Below are positions 9,595-18,627 of a stretch of 64,000 nt of DNA, one piece after another. This DNA is from an uncultured Bacilli bacterium (GTDB lineage: Bacteria; Bacillota_I; Bacilli_A; RFN20; CAG-826): the NCBI GenBank assembly GCA_934168325.1, contig CAKPNG010000004.1, positions 873 through 64,872 of the forward strand. The letters run 5' to 3'. The notes beneath the pieces were generated by a model that saw only the letters and a list, made by a program, of their open reading frames with translations, had not been told where the DNA came from and searched no databases. The position numbers and the translations under genes are program-made. Within the stretch, counting starts at the first letter, position 1. Each line of letters opens with the position of its first letter.

Positions 9595-9622
9595 CAAAAG
9601 ACACGAATAAATCGTGCCTTTT
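9595..9622 (-). terminator. Stem-loop between the 727-aa and 612-aa lipoprotein genes
   Basis: On the minus strand, AAAAGGCACGA-(5 nt)-TCGTGTCTTTT forms a stem with one G-U pair, and the U-run ends the stem. Confidence 0.4.
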
Positions 9623-9654
9623 AGTTTAACATATTTTCTTAATTAAAATCGACA

Positions 9655-11838
9655 TTAACTTGGCTTAGTTGCAGTATCAAGATTTGCAATTCTATCCATG
9701 TATTTAATAGTACAACCATTGTTATTAGAATTAAGCATGAATTTTAATGATAATGTTGTATCGCTAGTTGCTTGAACATCTGTTATCTTATAAGAATTAA
9801 CACTTAATTCATTACCTTTGTCAGGAGTAATGGTAAATGTAAAATCATCATTTATTACATATTTAAATGTAGCTTGAGGATATCTACTTGGATTTGGTTT
9901 AGTACTTTGAGTTGCTATATATGCACCAGAGCCATCTGCATTAAAGTTAATCCAACCACAATCAGTTGTCCATTTATCGCTTTGAACGAAAATTGTATGG
10001 GTAGTTAAAAAGGTTTTAAGATTTTCTAAATTTGGTTTATGGCTAAAAGTAACATCAATTATCTTATTTTTGCTTTCATCAACATTACTTGTTGCCTTTA
10101 TTGTGACAGATCCTACAGCAGTAGGCGTTACATAATAGCCATCTTCTTTCTTTTCTAGTGTAGCAAATTCTGTACCTTTAGTAATTTCTACAGTTACATC
10201 TTGAGAAGCTAAACTTGGTAAAATATTTGCATTAACTTTTTGAGCACCATCTTCAATAAAGAAATTCGTTCCGCCTTTTCCTAAAGTTAAAGTCATTTCA
10301 TTAATAACTGGGGCTTCAGCAGTTACTTTAACTTCCTTCATATCTCCTTTACCATTGTCGAACAATAAAGTAAGATCGCCTAATTTATTTACTGTAAATG
10401 TTTTGTCTTTTTCATTATAAACTAATCCATCTTTTTCGACTGATCCTACAAGTTGTGGTTCAACTAGTGGTGATCCTTTAACATTACTTAAATAAGGATA
10501 TAAAGTCGAATTTCCGACAACAACATTATCTTCACCAACATCATATTTTTTATATTCTTTATATTTTATATATTGTAAATTTACATCATACTCTGTTGCA
10601 AATAATCCATCAAAATCTAAATCACATTCACCTTGATTTTTATCAGCTGCACGATTATAGGTTAATTCAAAATTATATTCAGTATAGCCAAACTCAGCAT
10701 CATCTTTTATAACTTTATTTGCTTTATCCAAGCCACTCTTATAGTAATCATTTTTAAACGATAATGAATGTAAGAAGTTATCTCCATCAATGCTGAATTT
10801 CAATGTATAAAGATGACAAGAAGTATTGTAATCACTTGTGCTAGTAATACCACTCATTTCAACAGTATATGTTTTACCATCTTCAGCTAACGTAGGCTCA
10901 CCTACTTTAACTGTTTCAGGAATCATGGTAGAAGAATAAAAAACTCTATCATTATTTTCGCCAAATGCTGTATTAACAATAGTCTCTAAGTATCCAGCAG
11001 ATTGTGTATAAGAAATTGCTTCTTCTTCAGACATTGAGCCAATGCCATTATAAACCTCGCCCTCTTTCAAAATTTTATTGGTAGTTACTGTAGTACTAGT
11101 TGTAGGCCCTGAAGAAGGTGAATTATCACCAAATCTATTTGTACGTTGATTATAATTAAACGTATAAGCATCACCCGGTACAAAGCCTCTCGTAGTAGTT
11201 TCTCTACTAAATCCATTAGCACCATCTGCACTTGTCCGACTATCTAAAGTTACAAAATTATTATAAACTTTAGCCTCGTTAACTTGATGAGTTTTAGCTG
11301 AACCAGTATCAGTATCATAAGTTAAAGTAGCGCTCTTTAATTTTTCTACTTCAACTTCAGTAGCCATACGAAGTTGCATTGCTGCCCAATCTAATTTTTC
11401 AGCTAATTCACCATCTTTATTAAATTCAAGAGCTTCTAAGTCAACCGGAGTAACTACATCTTCTGGCTCAACATATGGAGCATCTTTTTCAGCTACTTTA
11501 ATAGCAACATTACTTTCTGGCATCGTAAAAGTAAAATGGGTATCAGTTTGGACTGGCATTATTTCTTTTAAACCATCATAATAAACTTTTACATAATCTA
11601 GAACAAAATCTGCACTATCGCTTACAACATCAAAAGTAACAGAAAATCCTGCTTCTACTTTGTCAGTAACATTTAAGTTTTGCACTTTCAAATGAGTTGC
11701 ATTTAATGTTTCGACTGCATATTTTGCTGGCTCTGGTTCTGGTGCTGGTGGGCAAACTTCATTACCACAACTAGTTAAGCCACCAAAAGTCATAAAGGAC
11801 GTTGCTAATAACGTTAAAAATAAATTTCTTTTTCTCAT
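9655..11838 (-). CDS. Lipoprotein with a BIG2-like domain, paralogous in architecture to 7736-9574
   Basis: Lipobox GLTSC followed by PAPEPEPA linker. It is visibly richer in G+C and in A/G/V/T residues than its neighbours. Confidence 0.65.
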   Translation of the reverse strand: MRKRNLFLTLLATSFMTFGGLTSCGNEVCPPAPEPEPAKYAVETLNATHLKVQNLNVTDKVEAGFSVTFDVVSDSADFVLDYVKVYYDGLKEIMPVQTDTHFTFTMPESNVAIKVAEKDAPYVEPEDVVTPVDLEALEFNKDGELAEKLDWAAMQLRMATEVEVEKLKSATLTYDTDTGSAKTHQVNEAKVYNNFVTLDSRTSADGANGFSRETTTRGFVPGDAYTFNYNQRTNRFGDNSPSSGPTTSTTVTTNKILKEGEVYNGIGSMSEEEAISYTQSAGYLETIVNTAFGENNDRVFYSSTMIPETVKVGEPTLAEDGKTYTVEMSGITSTSDYNTSCHLYTLKFSIDGDNFLHSLSFKNDYYKSGLDKANKVIKDDAEFGYTEYNFELTYNRAADKNQGECDLDFDGLFATEYDVNLQYIKYKEYKKYDVGEDNVVVGNSTLYPYLSNVKGSPLVEPQLVGSVEKDGLVYNEKDKTFTVNKLGDLTLLFDNGKGDMKEVKVTAEAPVINEMTLTLGKGGTNFFIEDGAQKVNANILPSLASQDVTVEITKGTEFATLEKKEDGYYVTPTAVGSVTIKATSNVDESKNKIIDVTFSHKPNLENLKTFLTTHTIFVQSDKWTTDCGWINFNADGSGAYIATQSTKPNPSRYPQATFKYVINDDFTFTITPDKGNELSVNSYKITDVQATSDTTLSLKFMLNSNNNGCTIKYMDRIANLDTATKPS

Positions 11839-12032
11839 AAATCCCCCTTAAAAGTAATCAATTGTCAATCTTTGATAACTTGTTAACTATTTTATATTGT
11901 TTATTCATCTTTTTTTGATTTATTTTTATCGTTAATATTGTATTAATAAAATTTAAAAAACCTTGATAAAATCATTTATATTTATATTTTTTAATAATAA
12001 ATATGACCTTAAATAATGCTATTTTTAAAATT

Positions 12033-13991
12033 TTAAGCAATACTAACAGTTAAAATACAATAATATCCGTAATAATCAACCAAATTTAAATTAACATTTA
12101 TATTATTGAATTTATAATTATTTTCATCTATTTTTGTATAATTTGCTTTAATTAAATCATTTATATAATTATTTATATTTTCTTTAACAATAGTTTCAGT
12201 TGCATCTTCATCAAATTTAATAAATATTGATAAAGATTTTTCATCTATACTACTTGGATCTAAAGAAATATCTAAAGTATTCTTAAAGAAAGGTAAATTA
12301 TAATCTTTTCCTAATAAATTAATTAAAGCTTTATCAATTTCTTCATCATAATCTTTCCAACTATTAAAATCAGTAAAAACATATTGAGTATTTTTTACTT
12401 CATAAAATAATGAATATTTTTTACTCATCTCTTCATAAACTATTGATAAATTTACTTTATAATGATTAGATTCATTTATATATGTATATATTTTATTTTC
12501 ATTATCTAAAAAAGTTAATTTATATCCTTTATTAATAAATAAATTTCTATAATCATTTAATATATTATTAACTACATCAATATCGCTAATTAAATCAGTA
12601 AAAATTGTAATTAATCCAGTCTTTATATTTAACGTATAATCATAAGTTATTCCATCTAAATAAGGTAAAAAATTAACGTCAATCAATACTTTATTAAATT
12701 CATCTTTATAACAATTATTATATTCATAAAACCCTTCTAAAGGTGTATATTTTGTTGCGTTTTCAGTATCAACATTCATTATTGTATTATTTAAATCTTT
12801 AAATATATATGTCAATTCACCATTTAATAATCCTAATAAAGAATATTCTAAATGAAGTTCTAAATTATTATCTTTATTAAATAATAAATATACACTTCCA
12901 TCAATAGCATTTTGTCCTTTATAATCACTTATTACTTCTTTAGTAAAATCATTACTTATTCCATAAGGTAAATAATATTTATTATCTATTTTAGTAAATA
13001 TTGCACAAGAAAAATTAAATTTAGGTTCATCTATTTTAATTCCTTTATAAAATCTTTTCACTTCTTTAACATTATTCGATGAATCTATATCATAATATGA
13101 CATTGTATTATCGTTATTATATTTATAAAAAGATTTTATAATTATTTCATTATTATCATCATCAAAATCAATCTCTTCACTATAATAACTATCTTTATTA
13201 TATTTATATAATGATTTTAATATAATTTCCCCATTATACATTGAATCTATTACTTCTACTGTATAATTATTATTAGTCTTTATATTATTAAAAAAGTCTT
13301 CTAATTCTGGATATTTATTATCTAATTTAGTAATTACTCTGACATTATTTTTATTAATATCACTAACTTTTAAATAATATTCACTCATTACTTTAACACT
13401 ATTTATTTCATATTCATTAGATACAATTTGAATTGTATCTAATGTATTATCTTTAAAATTAAATATTATCTTATTAACATCTAAATCATCATAAGTAATA
13501 TGATATACTAAATCATTTTTATATTTACCAACATATTCATAACTATTATTACCATCTTTTTTAAAATCTAATTTATTATTAATATAAGTAATAAAAGGAC
13601 TTACTAAAAAAGAATCTTTATATAAAACTAATTCATCATTATAGTCATAAACTAATTTATGATCTACTTCATTATTAATAGTTAAATAATCTTCATTAAC
13701 ATGTCCATTATCATCTTTAGAATAAAAATATTCATAATTAACAAAATTATCTTTATTATCATAAGATTTATAATACGCTTTATCTAATCCAATACTAGTA
13801 ATACATTGATATTCAATTACTTCATTAGATTCTAATAATGTAATTGTATTATATCCAGTATATGTAATAGAAGTAATCTTCTCTTCAAGTAATTTATCGA
13901 TTGGATCAATATTATTTGCTTCTTCTTTACATGAACTTAATACACTAGATAAGCTAATAATAAGTGAATATAAAATAAATTTAGTCTTCAT
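12033..13991 (-). CDS. Lipoprotein, N/K/Y-rich, with C-terminal alpha/beta repeat modules
   Basis: Lipobox VLSSC. C-terminal modules such as YRNLFINKGYKLTF... and YINDLIKANYTKID... resemble the repeats in 31059-33305. Confidence 0.6.
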   Translation of the reverse strand: MKTKFILYSLIISLSSVLSSCKEEANNIDPIDKLLEEKITSITYTGYNTITLLESNEVIEYQCITSIGLDKAYYKSYDNKDNFVNYEYFYSKDDNGHVNEDYLTINNEVDHKLVYDYNDELVLYKDSFLVSPFITYINNKLDFKKDGNNSYEYVGKYKNDLVYHITYDDLDVNKIIFNFKDNTLDTIQIVSNEYEINSVKVMSEYYLKVSDINKNNVRVITKLDNKYPELEDFFNNIKTNNNYTVEVIDSMYNGEIILKSLYKYNKDSYYSEEIDFDDDNNEIIIKSFYKYNNDNTMSYYDIDSSNNVKEVKRFYKGIKIDEPKFNFSCAIFTKIDNKYYLPYGISNDFTKEVISDYKGQNAIDGSVYLLFNKDNNLELHLEYSLLGLLNGELTYIFKDLNNTIMNVDTENATKYTPLEGFYEYNNCYKDEFNKVLIDVNFLPYLDGITYDYTLNIKTGLITIFTDLISDIDVVNNILNDYRNLFINKGYKLTFLDNENKIYTYINESNHYKVNLSIVYEEMSKKYSLFYEVKNTQYVFTDFNSWKDYDEEIDKALINLLGKDYNLPFFKNTLDISLDPSSIDEKSLSIFIKFDEDATETIVKENINNYINDLIKANYTKIDENNYKFNNINVNLNLVDYYGYYCILTVSIA

Positions 13992-14057
13992 AATTTCTCC
14001 TTGATATACATTATATATATAAAATAAAAATTAACATTAAATTATTAAAATAAAGAA

Positions 14058-14078
14058 AAAGTAGTTATTCACTACTTT
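14058..14078 (-). terminator. Terminator of the opp operon
   Basis: On the minus strand, AAAGTAGT-GAATA-ACTACTTT forms a perfect 8-bp stem followed by TTTCTTTATTTT. It overlaps the stop codon at 14077. Confidence 0.55.
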
Positions 14079-14937
14079 ATTCTTTAATTTTAATTGTTTT
14101 ATCAATATTACCATCAACTTCAATTGCTTGATTTAATAACAATTTACAATGCATATCATATGTATTTTCAGATTCTTTTGATTCATATGTTCCATCATAA
14201 ACTAAATTAGTAATTACATTTTTATCATTAAATGAACAAGTAACATTACAATCAAAGATAATTTGTTGATAAGTAAATTGAACAGTTCCTTTTAAAGATA
14301 TTTCATCTTTTTTACTAATAAAATAAGTTTTATCTTTAATATTATTAATAAAATCAGTAGTTGCTCGATTATTATTAACACTATTATTAATCATATTAGA
14401 TAAACCATTTTGATAAGAAGAAATAGATTGCTCATTATTAATAGTTTGAGTTTTAAACTCTTCATTTTTATAAGTATTAGTAATTAAAGTTTTATCTTCT
14501 TTATTAAGATAATTTTCTTCAAAAGTACCACTAATTTCTTCGCCTGGATTATTAGTAGATTTATCACTTATTTGACTAATATTTTCTTGATAGCTATAAA
14601 AATCATCTTTATTAGAATCACCTAAGAATCCAAGATAAGTAATTTGAGTAAAATCAAACTTAATATCTTTACCTTCTTCATTTTTTGTATTAGATAAAAT
14701 AGATAATTTAATGCCTTGTTTGAAAAATAACCTTGCAGAACTAAGCTCTTTTTCTTTATTTTCATTAAAAGCCTTATTAAATTCTTCTTCAGTAATATCT
14801 TTCTTTTTCTCTATTTTATTAACTAAATAATCTTTGAAATTAGAACGAGCTAAAATTTTATTAGTTTCTTTTTTATCACAAGAAACTAATGTAAAAATGA
14901 AAAAAAGAGTTAATATTAATGTTAGCTTTTTATTCAT
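14077..14937 (-). CDS. Lipoprotein co-transcribed with and coupled to oppF
   Basis: Lipobox TLVSC. Its ATG lies 2 nt after the oppF stop. Confidence 0.65.
   Translation of the reverse strand: MNKKLTLILTLFFIFTLVSCDKKETNKILARSNFKDYLVNKIEKKKDITEEEFNKAFNENKEKELSSARLFFKQGIKLSILSNTKNEEGKDIKFDFTQITYLGFLGDSNKDDFYSYQENISQISDKSTNNPGEEISGTFEENYLNKEDKTLITNTYKNEEFKTQTINNEQSISSYQNGLSNMINNSVNNNRATTDFINNIKDKTYFISKKDEISLKGTVQFTYQQIIFDCNVTCSFNDKNVITNLVYDGTYESKESENTYDMHCKLLLNQAIEVDGNIDKTIKIKE
14711..14746 (-). repeat. Copy G of the dispersed motif family (inside a coding region)
   Basis: The minus strand reads GCTTAGTTCTGCAAGGTTATTTTTCAAACAAGGCAT. It shares an exact 17-mer with copy B. Confidence 0.7.
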
Positions 14938-14939
14938 TC

Positions 14940-16643
14940 TTATTTATTTCCTTTATCTAATTCAATAATTTCTTTTTTATATTTATTAACTTCTTCGGTA
15001 TTAGCTAAAATGAAATGTCCTGGAACAATTTCAACTAATTTAGGTTTTTCAACACTATAATCATGTTCTTTACTTGGATCATAAATTATACGTTTTCTAT
15101 TTTTTTCCGAAATTGGATTTGGTTTAGGAATTGCACTTAATAAGCTCTTAGTATATGGATGAAGTGGATGTTTAAATAATTCATCACTACTAGCAAGTTC
15201 AACAATTTCACCAAAATACATAACAGCAATACGGTCGCAGAAATATTTAACAACACTTAAATCGTGAGCGATAAACATAATTGTTAAGCCCATTTCTTCT
15301 TTTAAATCATTAAGTAGATTAATAATTTGAGCTCTAATTGAAACATCTAAAGCACTAATTGGTTCATCGCAAATCAATAAACGTGGATTCATAATTAAAG
15401 CACGAGCAATACCAATTCTTTGACGTTGACCACCACTAAATTCATGTGGATAACGGTTAGCGTAATCAGCAATTAAACCAACTTTTTCTAATACTTCGAC
15501 AACTTTCTTATGGTTTTCTTCTCTATTACGATGTCCTTGAATTTTTAAACCTTCTTGAATAATATCTTCAACAGTCATTCTAGGATCTAAAGAGTCGATT
15601 GGATCTTGGAAAATCATTTGAATTTCACTCATAACTTTCTTGTTATCTTTCTTTAATGGCTCTAAGATTTTATTGATTTCTAGAATCTTTTTATCTCTAG
15701 TTTCAACTAGTTCTGCCATTTTTTGATTATGAGTTTCTTCATCTAAATTTGATTTATCTAATTCTAAAGAATTCTTCTTAAATTCTTCATTAATATCTTT
15801 TAATTTAGATTTTAAAATCTTAATTTTATCACCATTATTAGTTAATTTAGGAGCATTCTTTTGATCGTATTTAATTTGCTTAATTTTAGCTTTTTGAACA
15901 CGAACAATTTCATTACGTTTTGCTTCTTCTTTTTCTAAATTAAGCATTAAAACACTTTCTTTAGCTAAATAAGCATTTTCTAAATTAGTTTTATATTCAT
16001 CTAATTGATGTTTAACTTCTTCCTCAGTTATTTTACCTTCTCCTAAAGAAGTTTTTAATTCTTTAGCTTTAAGAGTATAAGCATCTTTATTAGCTTTTCT
16101 AAGTGTAGCAAGTTCTTTTTTAATACTCTTTTTATATTCATTAAATCTAATATTAGTAAATTTAATTTCTTTTTCATTCCATCTACTACCAGCGCTAATT
16201 CTATAGCCATTATAATAAACAGAACCACTAGTTATATCATAAAGTCTAATAATACTACGACCAGTTGTTGTTTTACCACATCCTGATTCACCAACAACAC
16301 CAAAACATTCTCCTTCTTTTATTTGGAAAGAAATGTCGTGGACTGCTTTAATCTTATATTTTTTAGGTCCTTTCCCAAAGAAAAAGAATTGTTTAAGGTG
16401 ATTTACACTTAATAAAACATGATTTTGTACTAATTCTTCTTTATAAGTACATTTACTAGTAATATTTTTAATTTGTTCTTCTAAAGGAAGTTCACTTAAA
16501 GGGTTAATTTCACTATCACTAGGTGGTACATGTTCACTATATTCATTAGAAGAATCAATTCTATTTTCATCTAAAACATCTGCTGTTTCTTGAATAGCTT
16601 TGCCTTCATCGGTGTTAGATATAGGATTTTTATTCTCCTTCAT
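14940..16643 (-). CDS. oppF: Oligopeptide ABC transporter ATPase OppF with an N-terminal acidic extension and a ~185-aa K/E-rich insertion
   Basis: Walker A GESGCGKTTTG, Q-loop IQMIFQDP, signature FSGGQRQR, Walker B LLICDEP and the C-terminal oligopeptide-ATPase tail HPYT. Confidence 0.85.
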   Translation of the reverse strand: MKENKNPISNTDEGKAIQETADVLDENRIDSSNEYSEHVPPSDSEINPLSELPLEEQIKNITSKCTYKEELVQNHVLLSVNHLKQFFFFGKGPKKYKIKAVHDISFQIKEGECFGVVGESGCGKTTTGRSIIRLYDITSGSVYYNGYRISAGSRWNEKEIKFTNIRFNEYKKSIKKELATLRKANKDAYTLKAKELKTSLGEGKITEEEVKHQLDEYKTNLENAYLAKESVLMLNLEKEEAKRNEIVRVQKAKIKQIKYDQKNAPKLTNNGDKIKILKSKLKDINEEFKKNSLELDKSNLDEETHNQKMAELVETRDKKILEINKILEPLKKDNKKVMSEIQMIFQDPIDSLDPRMTVEDIIQEGLKIQGHRNREENHKKVVEVLEKVGLIADYANRYPHEFSGGQRQRIGIARALIMNPRLLICDEPISALDVSIRAQIINLLNDLKEEMGLTIMFIAHDLSVVKYFCDRIAVMYFGEIVELASSDELFKHPLHPYTKSLLSAIPKPNPISEKNRKRIIYDPSKEHDYSVEKPKLVEIVPGHFILANTEEVNKYKKEIIELDKGNK

Positions 16644-18627
16644 TTTCTTTTACCCCCTTTAATGCATTATTAATTCTTTCTTTAACAATACGTGGCATTT
16701 CAACTTTTGGAGCATCTGGATATAATAACCAAGTTGCTGCATAGTGAGTATCACTTACTTTAAAGAAAGGTGGCTCATATTTAAAATCAATTGCCAGAGC
16801 ATATTTACTTCTTAAAGCAAAAGCATCTCCTTTAGGTGGGAAACGTAAATCAGGTGGAGTACCTGGAATTGCTTCAAGTTTTTCTTTAGAATCGATATCA
16901 GGAATAGATGATAATAAAGCCCATGTGTAAGGATGTTTTGGTTCAAAGAATACTTCGCTAGATAAGCCATATTCAACGATCTTACCCGCATACATTACAG
17001 CGACACGATCAGCCATATTAGCAACAACACCTAAATCGTGAGTAATAAATATACAACTTAATCCTCTTTCACGTTTAAGTTTATTAATTAATTCAAGAAT
17101 TTGAGCTTGAATAGTAACGTCAAGAGCTGTTGTAGGTTCATCACAAATTAAAATATCTGGATTTGCAGTTAAAGCAATAGCAATAACTATTCTTTGTCTC
17201 ATACCACCACTAAATTCGAATGGATATTGTTTAAAACGCTTTTCAGGAAGAGGAATACCAACTTCTTTCATAACATCTAAAGCCATCTTTTTAGCTTCTT
17301 TTTTAGTAATTTTAGTTTTATTAACAAATTCTTCTTTAGCATCTTCTATTTCTTTTTCTAATTTAGAAATTTCTAATAAGTAAGAAGCATATTCTTTATG
17401 AGGAATTTCTTCTAAAACTAATTCTTTTTTATTAGAAGTACGAGTTAAATTGATTTCAAAATTCTTCTTTTTCTCTTTATTAAATTTTTTAGTAGCTAAT
17501 TCATTACGAGCTAAAATTTCATCAATTTCTTTAAGTAAATCAGGATTAGATTGTTCTAATTCAGTACGTAATAAACTAATTTTATTTTTATAATCACTAA
17601 TCTTATAATTTAAAGAATCAACTGTTTCTTTTAACTTTAAAGTAATCTCAGTTTTATATTCAAGATTATCTTTTTTAGCAACTATTTTAGCTTTCTTTAA
17701 TCTAGCTAATAATAATGGTTTTAATTCTAAATATCTGAGTTTAGCAGACTTTTTGTTATTTTTAATATAGTTTTTACGATCAGAAATTCTTTTAAGATAA
17801 TCGAATTCTCCATCAATATCGAAATTCTTTTTATATTCTAAAATTTCTTCAAGTGACTTTTGAGCATGAGCTAATCTAATATCATAAACCTTATTTTTTT
17901 CTTCATCTTTAGATAATGCTTTATGTCTATTAACATGATCAATTTGATAATTTAAATTATTAATTTCAACATCTAATAAATCATAAATTTTTCTAAAATG
18001 TTCTTTAATTTTTTCATCTAAAGTTAATTCATTTTCAGCTTCTTTTATTTCTTTATTTTTCTTAATAAGTTTTTGTTCTTTTTTATATTCTTTTTCAAAT
18101 TGATTTAATAAAACTAACTCATTATCACATTTACTAACTTCATATTTATAATTAGCGTGATTATTACGATAAGCAACTAATTCTTTTGAAATTAATTCAT
18201 TATATCTTTTCTTTAAGATATTTGAATTAATCATTGTTGCTTCAATAATTTGCTTACCTACTTTCATAATAGGATTTAAAGAACTAAGAGGATCTTGGAA
18301 AATCATTCCAATTTTATGTCCTCTAATACGGTGAAATTCTTCTTCACTAACTCTAACTAAATCTTCACCTTCATAAAGAATTTGGCCACTCTCAATGATC
18401 GCATTTTTAGGTAAAATACCCATGATAGTTTTACTAGTAACACTTTTACCACTACCACTTTCACCAACAATACATAAAGTTTCACCTTTATATAAATCAA
18501 AACTTACACCTCTAACAGCATAAACCATCCCTGAATCGCTTCTAAAAGAAACTCTTAAGTTTTCTACACTTAATACTTTTTCTTTATCTTTATATGTGTT
18601 ATTAACTATTTTTTCCATATTATTCAT
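16630..18627 (-). CDS. oppD: Oligopeptide ABC transporter ATPase OppD with a ~305-aa coiled-coil-like insertion
   Basis: Walker A GESGSGKSVT, Q-loop MIFQDPLSSLNP, signature FSGGMRQR, Walker B ILICDEPTTALD and the HPYT tail. Confidence 0.85.
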   Translation of the reverse strand: MNNMEKIVNNTYKDKEKVLSVENLRVSFRSDSGMVYAVRGVSFDLYKGETLCIVGESGSGKSVTSKTIMGILPKNAIIESGQILYEGEDLVRVSEEEFHRIRGHKIGMIFQDPLSSLNPIMKVGKQIIEATMINSNILKKRYNELISKELVAYRNNHANYKYEVSKCDNELVLLNQFEKEYKKEQKLIKKNKEIKEAENELTLDEKIKEHFRKIYDLLDVEINNLNYQIDHVNRHKALSKDEEKNKVYDIRLAHAQKSLEEILEYKKNFDIDGEFDYLKRISDRKNYIKNNKKSAKLRYLELKPLLLARLKKAKIVAKKDNLEYKTEITLKLKETVDSLNYKISDYKNKISLLRTELEQSNPDLLKEIDEILARNELATKKFNKEKKKNFEINLTRTSNKKELVLEEIPHKEYASYLLEISKLEKEIEDAKEEFVNKTKITKKEAKKMALDVMKEVGIPLPEKRFKQYPFEFSGGMRQRIVIAIALTANPDILICDEPTTALDVTIQAQILELINKLKRERGLSCIFITHDLGVVANMADRVAVMYAGKIVEYGLSSEVFFEPKHPYTWALLSSIPDIDSKEKLEAIPGTPPDLRFPPKGDAFALRSKYALAIDFKYEPPFFKVSDTHYAATWLLYPDAPKVEMPRIVKERINNALKGVKENEGE

